The translations under genes and the position numbers were made by a program. A stretch of 64,000 nt of DNA from Calditrichia bacterium (lineage in GTDB: Bacteria; Calditrichota; Calditrichia; RBG-13-44-9; J075): positions 128,001 to 192,000 of the forward strand of contig JBOEGD010000001.1 in NCBI GenBank assembly GCA_050633245.1, read 5' to 3'. The notes below the pieces were generated by a model. That model was not told the origin of the DNA. It did not search any database and saw nothing but the letters and a program-made list of their open reading frames with translations. The first letter of the stretch is position 1; the number at the start of each line of letters is the position of its first letter. This document shows, piece by piece, positions 58,747 to 64,000 of this stretch.

Positions 58747-59808
58747 ATGCGAGCTGAACTCGTATTGGAAAACGGTCAAACCTTTACCGGCACCGCATTT
58801 GGTTGGAATGGTTCTGTCGCTGGTGAAGTAGTATTTAACACCGGTATGGTAGGCTACCCCGAAACTCTCACTGACCCTTCTTATCGCGGCCAGATTCTCG
58901 TTTTAACCTTTCCCTTGGTTGGAAATTACGGTGTCCCACAACAGGGCAGCACCGCGGTCGAGGCTCTTGCCGACTTTTTTGAATCGAATCGAATCCATAT
59001 TTCTGCTCTAATTGTCTCCGAATATAGTGAGGAGTATAGTCACTGGGCGGGAGAGACCTCATTGAGCGAATGGCTTAAGGAATATAAAATTCCAGCCATC
59101 TCAGGGGTGGATACCCGTCAGATCACGCAAATTCTGCGAGACCGCGGTTCGATGTTGGGCAGAGTGCAGATCGGAGAAGAGCAGCTTACTTTTCACGATC
59201 CAAACGAACGAAATCTGGTTTCAGAAGTTTCGATTTCCGAGCCGGTAGAGATCGGTAAAGGGAAAAAGCGGGTTGTCGTTGTAGACTGCGGTTGCAAGAA
59301 TAATATCGTTCGCTCGCTGCTGAAGCGAAAAGTAGCTGTAAAGGTCGTGCCGTGGAATCATCCGGTTCACCAGGAGAAGTGCGATGGCATAATAATTTCT
59401 AACGGCCCGGGCGATCCATCGGTTTGCCAGGAAACCATCACTGTTCTGCGCAAGCTGTATAAGAAGAAAGTGCCCGTTTTCGGAATTTGCCTCGGGAGCC
59501 AGCTGATGGCGCTGGCTGCAGGTGCAAAAACATTCAAACTTAAGTACGGCCATCGAAGTCAAAATCAACCCTGCGTAATGGTTCAGACAAAACGCTGCTT
59601 TATTACCTCGCAGAATCATGGCTATGCTGTGGAAGAGAAGAGCTTACCTTCGCAGTGGGAGCCTTGGTTCTTTAATGCGAATGACGGCACGAATGAAGGG
59701 ATAAAGCATACCTCGAAGCCGTTTATGGGGGTGCAGTTTCACCCGGAGGCGCATCCCGGACCTGTTGATACAAATTTTCTGTTTGACGATTTTGTAAACA
59801 TGTTATAA
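58747..59808 (+). CDS. carA: Carbamoyl-phosphate synthase small subunit
   Basis: GEVVFNTGMVGY, TDPSY, SNGPGDP, GICLG, QNHGY, QFHPE. Confidence 0.97.
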   Translation: MRAELVLENGQTFTGTAFGWNGSVAGEVVFNTGMVGYPETLTDPSYRGQILVLTFPLVGNYGVPQQGSTAVEALADFFESNRIHISALIVSEYSEEYSHWAGETSLSEWLKEYKIPAISGVDTRQITQILRDRGSMLGRVQIGEEQLTFHDPNERNLVSEVSISEPVEIGKGKKRVVVVDCGCKNNIVRSLLKRKVAVKVVPWNHPVHQEKCDGIIISNGPGDPSVCQETITVLRKLYKKKVPVFGICLGSQLMALAAGAKTFKLKYGHRSQNQPCVMVQTKRCFITSQNHGYAVEEKSLPSQWEPWFFNANDGTNEGIKHTSKPFMGVQFHPEAHPGPVDTNFLFDDFVNML

Positions 59809-59840
59809 GCCGACTCTCTTTGGAAAGTCGGCTTTTTATT
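59807..59840 (+). terminator. Terminator-like hairpin between carA and carB
   Basis: AAGCCGACT...AGTCGGCTT followed by a T-rich tract. Confidence 0.5.
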
Positions 59841-59856
59841 TGAAAGGTAAAAGGCA

Positions 59857-62800
59857 ATGTCCGACTACAAAAAAGTGATTATCCTTGGAAGTGCTGCGCT
59901 GAAGATTGGTGAAGCAGGCGAGTTTGATTACTCGGGAAGCCAGGCCATTAAGGCATTGAAAGAAGAAAACATCAAAACGGTGCTAATCAATCCCAATATT
60001 GCAACGATTCAAACGTCCGAGCACCTCGCCGACAAAATATATTACCTGCCCGTAAATCCCTACTTTGTTGAAAAGATTATTGAAAAAGAAAAGCCAGATG
60101 GCATTTTCCTGGCCTTTGGCGGGCAGACTGCGCTGAATTGCGGGCTGGAGTTATGGAAAGCCGGCGTGTTTGAAAAATATAATGTCGCGGTTTTGGGAAC
60201 GCCGGTTTCTGTTATTGAAAGCACGGAAGATCGGGCTCTTTTTGCAAAGAAACTTGCGGAGATAAATGTAAGCGTTCCGCGTAGCGAGGCAGCAAAGAAC
60301 AAAAAGGAAGCTGTGAAAATCGCCGAGAAAATGGGCTACCCGGTAATGATTCGCATTGCCTTTGCCTTGGGCGGGCTCGGCTCTGGAATCTGCACAAATC
60401 GCGAAGAAGTGGAAGAGTTGGCCGAAAAGGCCTTTGCTCATACCAAGCAGATTCTGGTAGAGGAATATCTGAAAGGTTGGAAAGAAATTGAATATGAAGT
60501 CGTTCGCGATCGCTACGATAACTGTATTACCGTCTGCAATATGGAAAATTTCGACCCGATGGGAATTCATACCGGAGAAAGTATTGTCGTTGCACCAAGT
60601 CAGACGCTGAACAACTCAGAATACCATATGCTGCGTGAAACGGCAATAAACGTGATCCGCCACCTGGGTGTTGTGGGCGAATGCAATATTCAATATGCAT
60701 TGAATCCACACTCTGAACAATTCCGCGTAATAGAAGTGAATGCCAGACTGTCGCGAAGTAGCGCGTTGGCTTCAAAAGCAACTGGTTATCCACTGGCATT
60801 TGTTGCAGCCAAGTTGGCATTGGGATATGGACTTGTGGATATCAAGAACAAGATCACTCAAACGACGATGGCTTGCTTCGAACCGGCATTGGACTATGTC
60901 GTAATCAAAATTCCGCGTTGGGATCTGAAAAAATTTGATAAAGTGTCTACCCGGCTTGGCTCTGCAATGAAGTCTGTTGGTGAAGTAATGGGAATTGGAC
61001 GCACCTTTGAAGAAGCATTGCAGAAGGCTCTTCGCATGCTGGAGATTGGCGTGAATGGGTTAGTGTGCAATGAGCGCATGCGCTTCAAAAATGTAAAAGA
61101 CGTGCTGAAAAACCCTACGGATGAGCGTGTCTTTGCCATTGCAACAGCGATGGAAGATGGTCTGGATCTCGAGAAGATTCACAACCTGACGCATATTGAC
61201 CGCTGGTTCTTATACAAAATAAAGCACATTGTCGATATCTCCGCACAACTACGAATCTACAGTGGTGGTGTTTGTCCACGCGGAATTTTGTCGGAAGCTA
61301 AAAGAGCGGGTTTTTCAGATCAGCAAATTGGTTTGCTACTCAGTTTGCCCGAACACGATGTGCGATCGCTTCGTTTTAATTATGACATTCAGCCGGTGGT
61401 TAAGCAAATTGATACGCTTGCAGCGGAATATCCGGCTCGCAGTAATTTTTTATATCTTACCTATAACGGAGATGTCAATGACGTAACAGCTCATGGAAAA
61501 AAGTCTGTCATGGTACTGGGCTCCGGCGTTTATCGCATTGGCAGCTCGGTCGAATTTGACTGGTGCTGCGTGAATGCGGTGATGGCTCTGAAGAGCATGG
61601 GCTACAATACGATTATGGTGAACTACAATCCCGAAACGGTGAGTACAGACTTTGATGAATGCGATCGGCTGTATTTTGAGGAAATGACGTTTGAGGCAAT
61701 CGAAGATATTTATCGAAAAGAAAAACCGATTGGCATTATTGTCTCGATGGGCGGACAGTCACCGAACAATCTGGCGCTACGTCTTCATGAGGCCGGAATG
61801 ACGATCCTGGGAACCCCTCCGGGAAAAATTGATCAGGCAGAGGATCGGCATAAATTTTCGTCACTTCTCGATACGCTAAAGATCGATCAGCCAGCCTGGA
61901 AAGAACTAACGTCTATTGCTGATGCGAAACAGTTTGCGAAGAAACATCAATTTCCACTACTGGTTCGTCCGTCTTATGTCCTTTCCGGATCGGCGATGGC
62001 AGTCGCGTACAATATGAAGGAGCTGGAACGGTTTCTGGCAAAAGCCGTCGATATTTCTCCGGAGCATCCAGTGGTTATTAGCAAGTTTATTGAGGATGCC
62101 AAAGAAATTGAATTTGACGGTGTTGCACAAAATGGGAAGCTGTTGGTCTATGCGATTTCAGAGCATGTAGAGAATGCCGGAACACACTCGGGCGATGCGA
62201 CTCTGGTATTGCCACCGCAGCGTACCTATCTGGAAACTCTGCGACGTATTCGAAATATTGCACGTGAAATTGCAGAGTCGCTCGCTATAACCGGGCCGTT
62301 CAATATGCAGTTTCTGGCGCGGAAAAATGCGGTTAAGGTGATTGAGCTTAATCTTCGCGCATCGCGTAGCTTTCCTTTTGCTTCAAAGTTATACAAAGTG
62401 AACTTCATCGATCTCGCGACACGAGCCATTATGGGCGAGACGTTGCAGGAGGTTGAGAAGTCGTTTATGGAGTTGGAGTATGTTGGTGTTAAGGCGCCGC
62501 AATTCTCATTTACGAGGCTCGAGGGTGCCGATCCAACATTGGGAGTTGAAATGGGGTCTACAGGAGAGGTCGGCTGTATTGGAGACGATTTTGAAGAGGC
62601 TTTCTTAAAGGCAATGCTTTCTGTCGGCACTAAAATAGACATTCGTTCCGTACTGCTTTCAACGGGTCCATTAGGTAATAAAGCAAAGTTTGTTGATGCG
62701 GCAAGAAACCTACAGGAATCTGGAATAACTCTATATGCTACTCACGGGACGGCTGCATTTATGAAGCAGTATGGCATTAAGGCCCGGGTTTTAAATTGGC

Positions 62801-63045
62801 CTCTTGAAAAGAAGAAACCAAATATTCTGCACTATTTGAGCGATGGAAAAATAGATATGGTTATCAATATTCCTAAAAATGCGCAGAAAGAGGAGCTGAC
62901 CAACGGCTATATAATTAGACGAAAGGCGGTCGACCTTGGCATTCCGCTTATCACAAATTTACAGCTGGCACAGCGCTTTGTAGAGGCGATAGTTTCCAAG
63001 TCTCTGGAAGACCTTCATATCAAAAGTTGGGATGAATATCGCTAA
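59857..63045 (+). CDS. carB: Carbamoyl-phosphate synthase large subunit
   Basis: GEAGEFDYSGSQA, GIHTGES, RSSALASKATG, second ATP-grasp half (RPSYVLSG, HSGDA), C-terminal MGS domain. Confidence 0.97.
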   Translation: MSDYKKVIILGSAALKIGEAGEFDYSGSQAIKALKEENIKTVLINPNIATIQTSEHLADKIYYLPVNPYFVEKIIEKEKPDGIFLAFGGQTALNCGLELWKAGVFEKYNVAVLGTPVSVIESTEDRALFAKKLAEINVSVPRSEAAKNKKEAVKIAEKMGYPVMIRIAFALGGLGSGICTNREEVEELAEKAFAHTKQILVEEYLKGWKEIEYEVVRDRYDNCITVCNMENFDPMGIHTGESIVVAPSQTLNNSEYHMLRETAINVIRHLGVVGECNIQYALNPHSEQFRVIEVNARLSRSSALASKATGYPLAFVAAKLALGYGLVDIKNKITQTTMACFEPALDYVVIKIPRWDLKKFDKVSTRLGSAMKSVGEVMGIGRTFEEALQKALRMLEIGVNGLVCNERMRFKNVKDVLKNPTDERVFAIATAMEDGLDLEKIHNLTHIDRWFLYKIKHIVDISAQLRIYSGGVCPRGILSEAKRAGFSDQQIGLLLSLPEHDVRSLRFNYDIQPVVKQIDTLAAEYPARSNFLYLTYNGDVNDVTAHGKKSVMVLGSGVYRIGSSVEFDWCCVNAVMALKSMGYNTIMVNYNPETVSTDFDECDRLYFEEMTFEAIEDIYRKEKPIGIIVSMGGQSPNNLALRLHEAGMTILGTPPGKIDQAEDRHKFSSLLDTLKIDQPAWKELTSIADAKQFAKKHQFPLLVRPSYVLSGSAMAVAYNMKELERFLAKAVDISPEHPVVISKFIEDAKEIEFDGVAQNGKLLVYAISEHVENAGTHSGDATLVLPPQRTYLETLRRIRNIAREIAESLAITGPFNMQFLARKNAVKVIELNLRASRSFPFASKLYKVNFIDLATRAIMGETLQEVEKSFMELEYVGVKAPQFSFTRLEGADPTLGVEMGSTGEVGCIGDDFEEAFLKAMLSVGTKIDIRSVLLSTGPLGNKAKFVDAARNLQESGITLYATHGTAAFMKQYGIKARVLNWPLEKKKPNILHYLSDGKIDMVINIPKNAQKEELTNGYIIRRKAVDLGIPLITNLQLAQRFVEAIVSKSLEDLHIKSWDEYR

Positions 63046-63281
63046 GAGCATCATATATCCATGTGGCGCAATGTGAGAAATATCATATGTTATTTTATGG
63101 CTGCCCGTATCTTTTACGATTAAATCTGGATTTACCTCTTTGGGAATGGATGACGCACACATAAATAGTTCACGTTAAGATCGCTATATAATCGGTAGTG
63201 AACGGAATCATTTTAGTGCCTCCCAAACTTGACGTGTTGTAAAATCATGATTTTTTCACTAAAGGTTGAGAAGCTCTTTCG

Positions 63282-64000
63282 ATGGCTCGAATTATTCTTA
63301 CCGGATCGACCGGTTTTGTCGGTAGACATGTACTTGAGGCGCTTCTGGAAGAAGGGCATATGATTTTTGCTCCGGTGCGAAACACCGAAGATTTGGCTGC
63401 GTACGCAGGTATAGAAGGTCTTGTTGTCAAAAAAGGATCATTTTATAGTAAGTCCATGATACAGATGTATGAGCAATTTCAACCCGATATCGTTATGCAT
63501 TTTGCCGGTATTAAACAAGGGCGATATAGCAAGAAAGAATATAATTCCATCAATGTGCGAGGGACCGAGGTTCTGGCTCAGTTTGCTCTGCGAGCACAGC
63601 TCGAACGATTCATCTTTTGCAGCACCGTTGGAATTTACGGAAGTGTTCCGGGCCGCATCCCGGCAGATGCCTGGACTCCTGCCTCTCCAGACAATGAATA
63701 TCAACGCTCGAAGTATCGCGCGGAGAAAACGCTCGTGAACCTATTGCGCAATCAGGTTCCCTTTGTCATTCTTCGTCCAACTGTAACCTATGGTGAAGGT
63801 GATGCCGGGTTTCTTTATAAACTTGCCAATCTTATTCGCAAGCGTCGTATCCCGCTGGTGCGTGACCAAATTCTAATTCATTTATTAGATGTTCAAACGA
63901 TTGCCGAGCTCGTAAAGCAGATTGTTCGATCGACACCTGAAAATGAATGTATTCTGAATATTGCTGATGCAAATCCGGTAATGCTCGATAAGCTGGTAAA
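63282..64000 (+). CDS. NAD-dependent epimerase/dehydratase (3'-truncated by window edge)
   Basis: Not in the ORF track. ATG 63282 reads MARIILTGSTGFVG..., HFAG, STVGIYG, YQRSK, LRP..TYG; open to the window end. Confidence 0.88.
   Translation, partial: MARIILTGSTGFVGRHVLEALLEEGHMIFAPVRNTEDLAAYAGIEGLVVKKGSFYSKSMIQMYEQFQPDIVMHFAGIKQGRYSKKEYNSINVRGTEVLAQFALRAQLERFIFCSTVGIYGSVPGRIPADAWTPASPDNEYQRSKYRAEKTLVNLLRNQVPFVILRPTVTYGEGDAGFLYKLANLIRKRRIPLVRDQILIHLLDVQTIAELVKQIVRSTPENECILNIADANPVMLDKLV

Noticed and set aside
753-63738. The many short antisense and alternate-frame ORFs in the track (e.g. 2192-2677, 9360-9956, 35567-36172, 50301-50897, 63469-63738)
   Set aside because: They overlap well-supported genes and show no motifs or ribosome-binding sites; treated as shadow ORFs.

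Overview
Bacterial chromosomal window, probably from an FCB-group lineage such as Calditrichota/KSB1. This is inferred from a NYPNPFNP-type C-terminal sorting domain and the gene style. Most of the window is a very large Wzx/Wzy-type exopolysaccharide/capsule system of the PEP-CTERM/exosortase-associated type, split into two co-oriented blocks (7117-31109 and 44681-58499). It includes a priming sugar transferase, Wza, Wzc, Wzx, a Wzy/ligase-like protein, GT4/GT2 enzymes, WecB and an AlgD-like dehydrogenase. Its tailoring set is unusually rich: three ATP-grasp ligases (one fused to a LMW-PTP), a FemAB-like protein, AsnB, a transglutaminase-like protein, a sulfotransferase, a kinase, an MBOAT/SGNH pair, three deacetylases and a heparinase II/III-like protein. 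Between the blocks are an AraC/SDR pair, a 1724-aa BACON/PKD repeat lipoprotein, a GT2, a GH5-FN3 lipoprotein and a G8/beta-helix protein behind a consensus sigma-54 promoter. The left end carries a hicB-hicA-like pair, an acidic phage-like protein, a 590-bp intergenic region with two candidate structured RNAs and a perfect 30-bp palindrome, then GH113, two OM barrels, aroC with a chorismate-mutase-like tail, and pgsA. The right end has carAB and a partial epimerase. Heptamer tandem repeats and REP-like elements recur in spacers. All family calls come from motif recognition by eye; no searches were run.
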